Source: Rhodospirillales bacterium
GTDB taxonomy: Bacteria; Pseudomonadota; Alphaproteobacteria; Bin95
Assembly: GCA_038143065.1 (NCBI GenBank)
Contig: JAYQLI010000035.1
Coordinates: 608,001 to 672,000, forward strand
Direction of reading: 5' to 3'
DNA: 64,000 nucleotides
In this document: positions 1 through 11,215 of the stretch, piece after piece
Numbering within the stretch: position 1 is the first letter of the stretch
How the letters are laid out: each line of letters starts with the position of its first letter
Made by a program: the position numbers and the translations under genes
The notes under the pieces: model-generated
The model's input: the letters and a program-made list of their open reading frames with translations, nothing else
Told to the model about the DNA's origin: nothing
Database searches by the model: none

Positions 1-1375
1 TGCTAAGGACCTTTTCGACTTCAATGTCCTGCAATAAATCTGATTCCAATCTATTTTTTGCAACATCAATCCCACGGTCCGATAATTGCCCGCGGAAATA
101 AGATGGACCGTGAAGGGCGCTGGTCGTCGCAATGGCAGCAACAACTGCAACCATGACAGCAGTTGTAAGAGAATAGTCTGTGGTAATCTCAAAAATCATG
201 AGGATAGTTGATATTGGGGCTCCAAGTGTTGAAGCTGCGTAAGCACCCATACCTACTAACGCGTAAGCTCTTTCACCGGCAAAAATATCTTCACCAACCC
301 CCACCATCCCTGGCGCAATTTGACCTGCTATAATACCAAACGCGCCACCGATAACCGCGCCAAGAAATAATGAAGGAGAAAAAATTCCTCCGCCAAATCC
401 ACTGCCCAAAGTGATCGCTGTAGCGGCAGTTTTTGCAAATATAAGGCCTAATAAAAATACAAAGCCAAATTCCATTTTAAGAGCACTTGAAGTTGCTCCA
501 TAACCAACCCCCAATACTTGCGGAAAACTAAGAGCAATAAGCCCAATTAAAAAGCCACCAATCATTGGTCTAAAATATTGAGGAATTCGTAACTTATCGT
601 GAATTTTGGAAACGAATGGGACGGATCTCATAAAGGCGATAGCACACATCGCAGTTATTACGCCCAACAGAGCGAATGCCGGATACTCCCAATATGATCC
701 GAGATTATAAGGAGCTAACTGGAAAGCTGGATAGGCTCCATAAACCGATCTTGTAAAAGCGGTGGCTAAAACGGACGCTGCAACTGTGGGAGCTAAAGCA
801 CTCACAGCGTAGTGCCCAATTACAACTTCAAGGGCAAAAAATACGCCTGCAAGAGGCGCATTAAATGCTGCTGCTACTGCTGCTGCTACGCCGGAACCTA
901 GTAAGATCCTAGCACTTCCTTTGGGGAGCCCCAGTACTTTGGCAAACCATGCCCCAATAGTGGCTCCCAAGTGTACAACTGGCCCTTCACGTCCAGCCGA
1001 TGCTCCTGCCCCAATTGAAGCGGCGTTAACAACCGCGCCATGCAGACCTGTCTTTAGAGACATCTTGCCGCCCGTCAATGCACTAGATTCCATTACCTGC
1101 GCAACACCAACTGGTCGGCCATTTGGCAGAGTAAATTTAGCATAAATGCCAACGAATAAGCCACCAACTGTTGGAGCAGCGATTATCCAATACCAGGGCA
1201 GGTCAGCAAAAAGCTGCCATTGCGTATCATCTGTGAATTTAAAGAACACCCATTGAACTAAAGCTGTGCATTCTCGGAACCCCAGCGAAAGCAAGCCAGC
1301 TGCTAGTCCAACAAAGAGTGCAGTAATGAATAGCCTTAAGTGCGCATAATCAAATCGTCGGATCTTATCCGCCAG
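1..1375 (-). CDS. ClC-family chloride channel / H+/Cl- antiporter (3' end runs off window; start approximate)
   Basis: Absent from the ORF track. Minus strand reads GASAGREGPVVHLG (~965-1010), GSGFGGGIFSPSLFLG (~360-410) and AASTLGAPISTILMIFEIT (~180-240), which are ClC signature motifs. Confidence 0.9.
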   Translation of the reverse strand, partial: MADKIRRFDYAHLRLFITALFVGLAAGLLSLGFRECTALVQWVFFKFTDDTQWQLFADLPWYWIIAAPTVGGLFVGIYAKFTLPNGRPVGVAQVMESSALTGGKMSLKTGLHGAVVNAASIGAGASAGREGPVVHLGATIGAWFAKVLGLPKGSARILLGSGVAAAVAAAFNAPLAGVFFALEVVIGHYAVSALAPTVAASVLATAFTRSVYGAYPAFQLAPYNLGSYWEYPAFALLGVITAMCAIAFMRSVPFVSKIHDKLRIPQYFRPMIGGFLIGLIALSFPQVLGVGYGATSSALKMEFGFVFLLGLIFAKTAATAITLGSGFGGGIFSPSLFLGAVIGGAFGIIAGQIAPGMVGVGEDIFAGERAYALVGMGAYAASTLGAPISTILMIFEITTDYSLTTAVMVAVVAAIATTSALHGPSYFRGQLSDRGIDVAKNRLESDLLQDIEVEKVLS

Positions 1376-1413
1376 TGTCTTACAAAACGTGGCGAATGGA
1401 CTTAAAATTTGCT

Positions 1414-1950
1414 TTAGCCTTTGCGCCGAATGCCGATAACGCGCCCCACCTGATGAGGTTTGGGCAGCGAACTGTGAAGAGCCAGAGCACCTTGAAGTCG
1501 CTCCTGAAGATCCTTTGGCATTGGAGTGGATCGCCTGGTTTTCATATCGATATGAATACCAATTAATTCGTTAGTGGCGGCGAGATATCCTTTTTCCGCA
1601 TGGTGCATCTCATGAATGTAATGCAAGCGCTTTTCATCACAATCAAGCAAGTAGGTTGTGAAGAGAAGCTGATCTCCCTCCATTACCTCCTGATCATAGG
1701 TTATGTGACCTTCAAGCGTGAATGTAGAGCAATCAGAGGATTGTTTGTATGAGAGACCAAGGCCAAGAGCATCGTAGAAAGCATCTGTTGCCTCATCAAA
1801 AGCCGCTACGTAATAAGCGACATTCATATGTCCATTATAGTCGATCCATTCAGGTCGAACACGGCCAACATATTCTTTGTAAGGTGCAGGAAAATTCATA
1901 ATTTGAAATATACCGACCTCACTACGGGCCGCAACCCATTTTGACATCAT
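1414..1950 (-). CDS. Hotdog-fold thioesterase (4HBT/FcbC-like); real start probably MNFPAPY
   Basis: VRPEWIDYNGHMNVAYY motif typical of 4HBT-like thioesterases. Confidence 0.85.
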   Translation of the reverse strand: MMSKWVAARSEVGIFQIMNFPAPYKEYVGRVRPEWIDYNGHMNVAYYVAAFDEATDAFYDALGLGLSYKQSSDCSTFTLEGHITYDQEVMEGDQLLFTTYLLDCDEKRLHYIHEMHHAEKGYLAATNELIGIHIDMKTRRSTPMPKDLQERLQGALALHSSLPKPHQVGRVIGIRRKG

Positions 1951-2097
1951 ACCAAATAACTAGATCAATAAATTTTGTGATCAGAATAAAATTTTAGGTT
2001 AGTAGCAAAGGCAGGGACCTTTATTGTTTTACGCCAGTTTATTTAAATCCTAAAAAACTAAAAATTAGATGCAAAAATTGAAAATCCCCTGAATGTG

Positions 2098-2563
2098 TTA
2101 ACCTTTTCCCCTCGACAGTATGTCATGCCGCTCGCGGATATGAGCTGGCCATTGCGCCTTAATAAAAGCCAAAACTGACAAAATTTCCTTATCAGATAAT
2201 AATTCCTCATAGCCTAACATATCTGTTTGATAGCCAGGGGGAGCAAAAGCTGCTGTCCCATACTTTGTAATCTCGAAGAGTTCTCCATCAGGGTGATGCC
2301 AAGTATGCCCTTCCTCATTATGTGGAGGTGCAGGTAGCCTACCGTTGGCTTTACGCTCACGCCAATTACGCTGACCTTCAAGATTTTTGCCATGACAGCT
2401 CGCACATGCATTTGCATATATGATACCGCCTTGAGCGACAGCCGCATGGTCATCGTATGGGGATCCTCACAGTCTCAGGTCTATTTTGATGAAAGACCCC
2501 TGCCCCTTGAAGGATCGCTAAAACGGAACCAATTGCGGCGAGAGCCAAGATAGCCCATTTCAT
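2098..2563 (-). CDS. Monoheme c-type cytochrome with N-terminal hydrophobic segment (one frameshift ~2460)
   Basis: Hand translation: MKWAILALAAIGSVLAIL..., shift in the G run at 2459-2462, then IIYANACASCHGKNLEGQRNW...LPAPPHNEEGHTWHHPD...TDMLGY...QWPAHI..., TAA at 2098-2100. Confidence 0.85.
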
Positions 2564-2689
2564 CTTTACGCTTCCATGTTGCCTCAAAAGAGATATTTGA
2601 CGATAAATAGATGACGTCAAGGCATGTTTATCTTTACCGCTTAATTAGTCATGCCTAATCTCTAGGCTCATTTATTGGAGATAAGCTTT

Positions 2690-4327
2690 ATGAACGGCGG
2701 GGAAGCATTAGTTGAAACATTATTAGCATGGGGGGTAGATGCTGCATTTTCTGTACCTGGAGAGAGTTACCTGCCAATCTTAAGAGCGGCACAGCGTAAC
2801 TCAAATCGCATCCGATTAATTACCCCAAGGCATGAGTCAGGAGTTACTTTCGCTACTGAGGCGTACGGAAAGTTAACCGGCCGTCCCGCAGTTGGCCTTG
2901 TAAGCCGCGGTCCTGGAGCAACAAACGCCTCGATTGGTGTTCATACGGCACGGCAAGACTCCACCCCGATGCTTTTGATTGTTGGCCATGTCCCTACTGC
3001 CACTAAAGGTCGTGAAGCCTTTCAAGAAATTGACTATCATCAAATGTTTGGAGCAGTAGCAAAGGCGGTTTTTGAGCCAGAACACTCTGCACAAGTTGCA
3101 GAGATTACCGCAAGGGCACTAGCTATTGCCACCAGTGGGCGTCCTGGACCAGTAGTTATCGTGATGCCAAAAGACATCACGGAGGGGGATGCCGGTGAAC
3201 CAAAAATCCCAACACCCATTCCCAGGGCAGTTAGTGCACCGGTATCACAAGCTATTAAAGCAGCGGCGAGCTTGATTGATAAAGCAGAACGCCCGATGGT
3301 TATTGCAGGAGAAATGGTTACAAACGAAGGTGCTCAGTCAGCTTTAATTCAATTTGCAAACTCCACTGGTTGTGCCGTCTCCAGCGCATATCGACGACAG
3401 GATGCAATAAACAATGATCATCCAGCCTATGCCGGACATTTAGAAATCAACCGGGTTAATTGGCAGGAAAAGGCGTTTGCTGATGCTGATCTGATAATCG
3501 CTGTCGGAGCGCGTATGGATGGTATCACTTCACTTGAATTCAGTTTGGTGCGCGATGACCAAGCGTTTATTCATATTTTCCCCGATCCGGATGTACTCGC
3601 AAGGTTGCCGCATACATTGGGACTTCCCACCGACGTTGGTCCAACCTTAACCGCATTATCAGAAGCAGTGTCTCCGCCGTCCAAGGATAGACTCAGTTGG
3701 CGGGATCAAGTTCACTTCTCCTATCTCGAGTTTGCAATTCCTGGTGAAATACAAGTCAAAGGACCAGTCGACATGGCTGTATGTGTCCAGGAAGCTCAAC
3801 AACAGCTAAACGATGACGCAGTCATTCTTACAGATAGTGGTACATTTGCTCGTTGGGTACATCGTTACTACAAATTTAGATCCCCACGTACCCAAGCCGG
3901 GCCAATGTGCGGGGCAATGGGTTATGCGGTCCCAGGAGCCATTGGAGCTGCTGTAGCTCGGCCAAATGCACAAATAGTCGCTTTTGTGGGCGATGGTGGA
4001 TTTCAAATGACTGGGCAAGAGCTTATGACAGCGGTAGCTCACGATCTCCCTATAAAAGTAGTAGTTGCTGATAACGGATCTTGGGGATCAATTATGGTTT
4101 CGCAGCAACGAAGATATGGGGATGAAGGTATTTATGGAACGCGCTTAGCTGCCCCCGATTTCGCTGCGATCGCAAAAGCTTACGGCATGAAATCATGGCG
4201 TGTGGAAGCAACCGAGCAGTTTAAAGGAGCCTTTAGCGAAGCACTTGCTCATGATGGGCCTGCCCTAGTCCATTTAGTTCTAGACGAGAGAGATATTTCT
4301 CCATTCGTTGCTGAGCAATCAGTTTAA
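2690..4327 (+). CDS. Thiamine-diphosphate-dependent enzyme, acetolactate synthase large subunit-like (probably catabolic)
   Basis: VPGESYL, RHE and GDGGFQM...N TPP motifs; GGAG RBS upstream of ATG 2690. Confidence 0.9.
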   Translation: MNGGEALVETLLAWGVDAAFSVPGESYLPILRAAQRNSNRIRLITPRHESGVTFATEAYGKLTGRPAVGLVSRGPGATNASIGVHTARQDSTPMLLIVGHVPTATKGREAFQEIDYHQMFGAVAKAVFEPEHSAQVAEITARALAIATSGRPGPVVIVMPKDITEGDAGEPKIPTPIPRAVSAPVSQAIKAAASLIDKAERPMVIAGEMVTNEGAQSALIQFANSTGCAVSSAYRRQDAINNDHPAYAGHLEINRVNWQEKAFADADLIIAVGARMDGITSLEFSLVRDDQAFIHIFPDPDVLARLPHTLGLPTDVGPTLTALSEAVSPPSKDRLSWRDQVHFSYLEFAIPGEIQVKGPVDMAVCVQEAQQQLNDDAVILTDSGTFARWVHRYYKFRSPRTQAGPMCGAMGYAVPGAIGAAVARPNAQIVAFVGDGGFQMTGQELMTAVAHDLPIKVVVADNGSWGSIMVSQQRRYGDEGIYGTRLAAPDFAAIAKAYGMKSWRVEATEQFKGAFSEALAHDGPALVHLVLDERDISPFVAEQSV

Positions 4328-4560
4328 AATAAAATTAGTCTATTTCTGTTAAGAAAGACGCTGATTAGCCCAAATTCTGGGCTGATAGCGGCCCCTAACT
4401 TTGTAATCGGGCCAGAAATCAACCATGCCTCTATTTTTCATTAGGTGAAGAATTTTGTAAAAGTCTTGAATTCAGAGAGCATATCAGGACACTGTTTAGT
4501 GCATCTATGCATTTCCCGGTCAGATGTACATTGGTTAGTTTGAAAAATGCGTTTCTAGGA

Positions 4561-5298
4561 ATGATGAACACGTTAAAGGCATACATTTCCCGGTCACTTT
4601 TTCCGGATGAAGGTGATAAGTCGACAATATTAGAACGTGCTTTATCAGTCGTTATTTTTTTAGCGATTGCTTTGATGGTTCTATACACGGAGCCTCATAT
4701 TCGGTCTAACCTGAAACCTTGGATGCAGACCATTGATTTTATTATTTTTTTAATATTTCTTACTGAATATATTTTGAGAATTTGCTATTGTGGTCGCTTA
4801 AGGAAATACAAGGGTTTTAAAGGTAAAGTAAAATACATTTTTAGTCCGTTAGCGATAGCCGACTTGCTAGCTATTTTACCTAATATCTTATTCTTTGTTG
4901 CTGAAGATCTCGTTTTATTCCGGCTAATTAGGCTCTTCCGTATGCTGAGGATTATAAGATTAGTCCAGAGGAATAGACCTCTTGTGTTGTTTGCTGAATC
5001 GATAATTGCATCTTGGCCGCAGTTAGCGGCAAGTTTAGTTGTTACAATCTTTATGCTCTTCTTATCATCAATACTCCTCTACTTTGTAGAAGGAAACGTC
5101 CAGCCTGAGGCATTTGGAAGTATTCCCAGAGCAATGTGGTGGGCAATGGCTACACTGACTACGGTAGGTTATGGTGATGTCTATCCTATCACCGTAATTG
5201 GCAAGATTTGTGCAGGAGTTGTTGCATTAGTTAGTATCGGGGTCGTAGCTCTGCCTGCTGGCATAATAGCTGCTAATTTTTCAAAAAAATTAAACTAA
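4561..5298 (+). CDS. 6-TM voltage-gated-type potassium channel
   Basis: TTVGYGD selectivity filter; Arg-rich S4 segment RLIRLFRMLRIIRLV. Confidence 0.93.
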   Translation: MMNTLKAYISRSLFPDEGDKSTILERALSVVIFLAIALMVLYTEPHIRSNLKPWMQTIDFIIFLIFLTEYILRICYCGRLRKYKGFKGKVKYIFSPLAIADLLAILPNILFFVAEDLVLFRLIRLFRMLRIIRLVQRNRPLVLFAESIIASWPQLAASLVVTIFMLFLSSILLYFVEGNVQPEAFGSIPRAMWWAMATLTTVGYGDVYPITVIGKICAGVVALVSIGVVALPAGIIAANFSKKLN

Positions 5299-5386
5299 AA
5301 TAGGGTTTTATGTAATAATACTTTTTATAATTATGAAGATTTGAATTTTTTAAATACCCGCCACTTGGGGGAGGCAACCGAACGTC

Positions 5387-6638
5387 ATGAGCGGTATTCA
5401 ACGCAATTTAGGTGTTAACAAGTCCAGACTCTGGAACATGCACTTAGAGATGGCAAAGATTGGACCCGGTGTAGCTGGTGGTAACAATCGCCAAGCATTG
5501 ACTGACGATGATCGTATAGGCCGAGACCTATTCAAGAAATGGTGCGAAGCAGCTGACATGACAGTTTCAACTGACACGATGGGCAATATGTTCGCACGAC
5601 GATCCGGTAAGGACCAAACTCTATCGCCAGTACTGGCAGGCAGTCATCTAGACACACAGCCAACAGGAGGACGGTTTGATGGAGTTTTTGGAGTATTAGC
5701 AGCCCTAGAGGCCGTACAAACGATGAATGATCTGGGCATTCAAACAGAACGTCCAATTGAAGTAGTCAATTGGACCAACGAAGAAGGCTCCAGATTTGGA
5801 CCGCCAATGATGGGATCAGCTGTTTTTCTCTGGAGCTCTACGTGAGGCCGACGCCAAAGCAACCAAAGACCAGGATGGTTTTACTATGGGAGAGGCACTC
5901 AAAGAGATTAATTATGCAGGAAAAGATCCCACTCAATCTCGCCCAGTACATGCATTTATAGAGTGTCACATTGAGCAAGGCCCTTACTTAGAACGTGAGG
6001 ATAAAGCAATTGGGGTAGTAACTGGTGTTCAAGCAATGCGCTGGTACAAAGCACGTGTGCTTGGAGAGGCGAGGCATGCCGGTACAACACCCCCTTCCTC
6101 ACGAAAAGACGCATTAACAGCAGCTGCTAAACTCGTTCTCAAAATTGATGAAATTATGCAACAACGCGGAGATGCCGGTAGATGCACTGTGGGCATACTT
6201 CAGGCATTTCCGGGGTCTCCAAATGTATGCCCTGATCGGGTTGAGTTCACTGTTGATATGCGAAACCCAACATCCGAAGAACTCAATAAAATGGATCGCG
6301 AGTTAAGAAGAGCTGCAGAGGATTTATACATAGATACTGGCTGCGGAGTGGAAATAGAGGAAATATGGTTTTCAGAACCAGTACATTTTGACCAAACATG
6401 TATAGATGCCATTCGACGCGGTGCTAACGAACACGATCATCCCTGGCGTGATATTATGTCTGGAGCTGGTCATGACGCCGTAAATATGGCTCGGATTGCA
6501 CCATCTGCAATGATCTTTATTCCCTGTAAAGATGGCATCAGTCACAACGAAGCGGAGTATTCTTCACCAGAGGCAATTGCTGCAGGGGCAGATGTACTCT
6601 TATCGACCTTGTTAGAACTTGCCGGACCCACCACCTAA
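5387..6638 (+). CDS. M20-family Zn amidohydrolase (N-carbamoyl-L-amino acid hydrolase / beta-ureidopropionase-like), frameshifted ~5825
   Basis: GSHLDTQPTGGRFDG and WTNEEG in ORF 5387-5845; ECHIEQGP, SGAGHDA and SHNEAE in ORF 5886-6638. Confidence 0.9.
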
Positions 6639-6697
6639 CACTTCTTGTTAAATCATTGAATTGTTGCCGGTTTTAAGAAATTCTTGGGAATTAAATA

Positions 6698-7960
6698 TTA
6701 CTGTAATTTAAACCGATTAGTCATTCTAGTAGCCATCAACCAAGACAGGCCACACATAGTCAATGCAGTAACAAGACATAAAGTAAGTCCTCCAAACTGG
6801 AAGCTTAGTCCGGATAACAGTGTCCCTAAAAGGCGCCCAGCCGCGTTGGACATATAGTAGAAACCAACATTCATAGTGACACGACTAGAATTGCTAAACG
6901 CTAATATGAGAAAGCTATGAAGTGCGGAATTTAGCGCAAACACTGCACCGAACAGCATTAGACCCAATACAAGACTAATAGAGAGCCATATCTCACCGTT
7001 ATTCCCAAATATTGAAGCACCTACTAATAACATCGGGATTACAGTAAGAATCCCAGCCCATGTGCAGGTAAGCCTCACAAGTATTTCTAATGGCTTGTCT
7101 TTTGCTCTGAGAAGACCAGGAGCTGCTGCTTGTATAGCTCCATATCCAACTATCCATAAAGCCATCCCTCCCCCCACAATAAAAAAGGACTCTCGAGGTG
7201 TAAGGTTAAAATCACCTGTAAGAACAGCGTGAAAATAAATTGGAATCCCAACAACAAACCAAACGTCCCTTGCACCAAACAAGAAGAAACGGGCTGCTGA
7301 TAAACGATTAATATTGCTATCGTTGGAGAAAACCTGGGAAAATTTTGCTTTCTTATTACCAACTGGGAGCCCTGGGGGCATAAAAATTAAGGCTCCCAGT
7401 AGAATGATTAAAAGCCCGACGGCCATTCCTAGAGTGACTACATTAAAATCAAAAGCAGCTAGTAAAGCCGCCCCCACGAAAAAACCAAATCCTTTAAATG
7501 CATTTTTACTTCCGGTAAGAGCAGTAACCCATTTAAAGAGTTGATTATTTCCTTCGTTAGGAGAAAGTAACTTCACTGCGCTTTTAGAGCTCATCTTAGT
7601 TAGGTCTTTGGCTACGCCTGATAGTCCTTGGGCGGCCATTACAAAAATAACTGAGGTGCTGACAGCCCAAGTTGGATCAAGTTGACTCAAGCCCATAAGC
7701 GCAGAAATTTGGAGGAATAAACCACCGTAAAGAGTTTTAGAAAGCCCAAACCTAGCGGCAATCCAACCAGCCGATAAATTGGTTACAATGCCCATAAACT
7801 CATACAGTAGAAACAAATAAGCAAGTTGAATTGGGTGAAACCCAAGGCTATGGAAATGCAGGAGCACAAGCATACGTAATGCCCCATCAGTCAGCATAAA
7901 CGCCCAATAGGCTGCAGTAACTGTTATGTAAGCACCAAATCCGTCTGGTCTTTTTGTCAA
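6698..7960 (-). CDS. arsJ: Organoarsenical efflux MFS transporter ArsJ
   Basis: [32 protein letters not shown] and [12 protein letters not shown] are characteristic of ArsJ; 4-nt overlap with the upstream GAPDH. Confidence 0.92.
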   Translation of the reverse strand: MTKRPDGFGAYITVTAAYWAFMLTDGALRMLVLLHFHSLGFHPIQLAYLFLLYEFMGIVTNLSAGWIAARFGLSKTLYGGLFLQISALMGLSQLDPTWAVSTSVIFVMAAQGLSGVAKDLTKMSSKSAVKLLSPNEGNNQLFKWVTALTGSKNAFKGFGFFVGAALLAAFDFNVVTLGMAVGLLIILLGALIFMPPGLPVGNKKAKFSQVFSNDSNINRLSAARFFLFGARDVWFVVGIPIYFHAVLTGDFNLTPRESFFIVGGGMALWIVGYGAIQAAAPGLLRAKDKPLEILVRLTCTWAGILTVIPMLLVGASIFGNNGEIWLSISLVLGLMLFGAVFALNSALHSFLILAFSNSSRVTMNVGFYYMSNAAGRLLGTLLSGLSFQFGGLTLCLVTALTMCGLSWLMATRMTNRFKLQ

Positions 7961-8982
7961 CCAGGATCTCCTATAGAACCAGCCACCATGCTGGTTAACT
8001 CAGCCATACGATTGGCGTACCCCCATTCATTATCATACCAGACTAACACTTTCACTTGTGTTTTATCGACAACCATAGTGGATGGGGCATCGATAATTCC
8101 AGACCGTGGATCATTTACGAAGTCTACGGATACTAATGGCCGTGTTTCATAACCTAAAATACCATTTAAGGGTCCCTCAGAGGCTGACTTCAAAGCAGAA
8201 TTGACTTCCTCAACAGTTGTTCCGCGTTCAACTTCAAAAACACAGTCGGTCAGGGACGCATTGAGTAACGGTACACGAACAGCTAATCCATTTAATTTAC
8301 CCTTCAATTCTGGATAGATCATGGTAATTGCGGTCGCTGATCCAGTAGAAGTTGGAATGAGGGAATTCAGTGCAGATCTCGCTCGACGGAGATCTTTATG
8401 CCCTGTATCCGCTATTCGCTGAGTGTTTGTTACATCATGTATTGTCGTTATAACACCGTGCTTTATTCCAAAGGTTTCATGTATTACCTTAACGACTGGC
8501 GCCAAACAGTTAGTGGTGCAGCTAGCAGCAGTTAAAACGCTATGCTGGTCAGCTTTGTATTCATGATGATTGATACCATAGACAATGTTGAGAGCTCCTT
8601 CTTTGACGGGCGCAGCAACAATTACCTTTTTAACTCCAGCGGAAAAATAAGAATTAAGGGAACTAATATCTCTAAATTTTCCAGTGCTTTCTATAACAAT
8701 ATCGCAGTCCCAGGCTTTCCAAGGAGCTTCAGAAATAGTCGGAAAAGAAGAGTAACCAATTGTTTTTTCGTCGATATTTATATGAGTACTTACAGAGGAA
8801 ATAGTCCTCTCCCAACTTCCATGTACGGAATCGAATTCAAGCAGATGAGCAGACATTGCCGCATCACCTGATATTTCGTTAATTCCTACCCATTCTATGT
8901 CTGGAAGATCAAAGCCTGATCTTAAAACAAGCCTTCCTATTCTGCCGAAGCCATTGATACCAACCCGGACTGCCATACGCAC
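7957..8982 (-). CDS. gap: ArsJ-associated glyceraldehyde-3-phosphate dehydrogenase
   Basis: [10 protein letters not shown], active-site [11 protein letters not shown] and WYDNEWGY; TIHDVTNTQ variant and coupling to arsJ. Confidence 0.93.
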   Translation of the reverse strand: MRMAVRVGINGFGRIGRLVLRSGFDLPDIEWVGINEISGDAAMSAHLLEFDSVHGSWERTISSVSTHINIDEKTIGYSSFPTISEAPWKAWDCDIVIESTGKFRDISSLNSYFSAGVKKVIVAAPVKEGALNIVYGINHHEYKADQHSVLTAASCTTNCLAPVVKVIHETFGIKHGVITTIHDVTNTQRIADTGHKDLRRARSALNSLIPTSTGSATAITMIYPELKGKLNGLAVRVPLLNASLTDCVFEVERGTTVEEVNSALKSASEGPLNGILGYETRPLVSVDFVNDPRSGIIDAPSTMVVDKTQVKVLVWYDNEWGYANRMAELTSMVAGSIGDPG

Positions 8983-9052
8983 TCCCCCTCTGAACAGGCT
9001 TGAGTTTAGAGATGAATGATTGCAGTTTTTTTACATTGTATTGCTAAAAACA

Positions 9053-10418
9053 TCAGTAAGCATGAACCTGATATATTGGCTCAACAGACTGGCCCCACTC
9101 TTCTTCGAAACTTAATAACAGATGATCCGCCGGTGTTTTTCCTGAAGCAACGATTTGATCAAGCATGTCAAGAAAGTGAGCCTCATTAGCACCTGCACTA
9201 TCAATACGTGCCCTAGAATTTAAGCCATCACGAGCGATGCGTAAAACATCTTTAGCGATATCCTGTAAACTATGCTCACCCATCCTAGCCTTCAGTCCAA
9301 CTAATGGGGCATCATTCCGGAGACGCAGTCTATCTTCGGAATTCCAATCTTTGATTAGAGAGAGCGCAGCCTTTTGCGCAGCATCATCATATAATAATCC
9401 AACCCAAAAAGCCGATAGTGCACAGATAGCAGACCAAGGCCCTCCATCAGCGCCCTCATCTCCAAAAAGCGTTTAAGCCTGACCTCCGGAAATGCAGTGG
9501 TAACATGATCAGACCAATCCCCCATATGGGGAATTTCACCCTTTAATTGAGGAAGGTTACCGGTCATAAACGCACGAAAACTCTCACCTGCAACGTCTAC
9601 GTAATTTCCATCACGGTAGGCAAAATACATTGGTACATCGAGCAGATAATCAACATATCTCTCAAAGCCAAAACCATCTTCAAAAACAAATTCAAGCATA
9701 CCGCAGCGATTAGGATCAGTATCTGTCCAAACATAAGACCGCTCGCTAACCCTGCCCGTTGGTGCCCCTTCTACAAATGGGGAATTTGCAAATAGAGCAG
9801 TTGCCAGTGGCTGTAATGCCAAACTGATACGGTATTTTTCAACCATATCCGCTTCGCTTCCAAAATCAAGATTGGACTGGATCGTACAAGTTCGGGTCAT
9901 CATATCGAGCCCACGTGTCCCAACCTTAGGCATATACCGACGCATTACTTTATATCGCCCCTTAGGCATCCAGGGCATATCAGCTTGAGTTCCGGTAGGA
10001 TCAAATCCAAGACCAATCATACCAAGACCAAGATCTGCACAAACTTCTCTAGACTCTTTCAAGTGAGAATTTGCTTCCGCACAGGTCTGATGAAGGGTCT
10101 CGACGGGAGCACCAGACAGCTCAAATTGTCCGCCTGGTTCTAAGGTAATGTTACAGCCATCTCTCGTGAGAGCTATTGTGTTTCCACCCTCCTCAATTTT
10201 ACTCCAGCCAAAACGGTCAGATAAGTTATTGAGAAGAGCTCCAATACTCTCTCTCCCTCGTAAGGAGCCCGAAGTTTACTCTCCAGATCAAACACAAACT
10301 TTTCATGCTCTGTGCCCACACGCCAATCTACTTTTGGTTTGACGCCTGCCTCTAGCCACTCCACTAATTGCCTTTTTGTTGTAATCGGGTCTCCGCCCGA
10401 GCTAGGAGGCGCTGCCAT
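9053..10418 (-). CDS. gshA: Glutamate-cysteine ligase, alphaproteobacterial/plant type (two frameshifts, ~10250 and ~9455)
   Basis: [29 protein letters not shown] and [13 protein letters not shown] spread over three ORF pieces. Confidence 0.93.
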
Positions 10419-10427
10419 ACTTAATAC

Positions 10428-11201
10428 CTAATCCTCACTACCTCTAGCCGCACTGAAATCTCCAATTTTTGCCTGAGCTAGCACTAGGCCAGCTATAGCT
10501 GCTGTCTCAGCCCGCAATATCCGCGGCCCGAGACTAATTTTTCTGACAAATGGTATGTGTGAAAAACCATCTAATTCATCAGAAGTAAAGCCACCTTCTG
10601 GACCAATTAGCAAGCCATAAGAATTACTAGAATAACTATTTAGACTTTCCAGAATTGGAGGGGAGCATCCGGTTTCATCTCCCACAATTAAAATCCGTTC
10701 GTTAGGCCAATTAGATATCAAATCAGGTAAAGACACTGGTTCTTTTATTTTTGGTACATCTAGTCGCTCACTCTGTTCCGAAGCCTCAACTGCAATCCTC
10801 ACTAATCTCTCAATATTTATACGGTCCGAATTAGATCTGCTTGTACGTACTGGGAGCAGTTTGGAAACACCTAATTCAGTGGCTTTTTCGACAATTAATT
10901 CGGTTGGCCCACGCTTAATCATTGAAAATGCCAGCCAAGGTCCATTAGTCTGTTTTTGAATACGAACTCTTAAATCAAGTTTTAACGCCACCTTATCACG
11001 TCCCGTTTGAATCAGACTGGCTAGCCATTCTCCATCAGCTCCATTGAAAATACGTATTTGATCCCCATTTCCTCGACGCATCACATTTAATAAATAGCGT
11101 GACTGGTCACGATGCAGATTTATCACCTGACCTAAGCTAAGCTCGCTCTCGACAAACAACCGCGGCCCTCGATACACCAACAATTTATGCTTCGGATCCA
11201 T
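10428..11201 (-). CDS. rsmE: 16S rRNA m3U1498 methyltransferase
   Basis: EKATELGV, EASEQSER, LIGPEGGF and LGPRILRAETAA motifs. Confidence 0.95.
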   Translation of the reverse strand: MDPKHKLLVYRGPRLFVESELSLGQVINLHRDQSRYLLNVMRRGNGDQIRIFNGADGEWLASLIQTGRDKVALKLDLRVRIQKQTNGPWLAFSMIKRGPTELIVEKATELGVSKLLPVRTSRSNSDRINIERLVRIAVEASEQSERLDVPKIKEPVSLPDLISNWPNERILIVGDETGCSPPILESLNSYSSNSYGLLIGPEGGFTSDELDGFSHIPFVRKISLGPRILRAETAAIAGLVLAQAKIGDFSAARGSED

Positions 11202-11215
11202 ACAAGGCCTCCAAA

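Noticed and set aside
2214-2453. 79-aa ORF from the track
   Set aside because: Wrong frame of the real cytochrome c gene (2098-2563).
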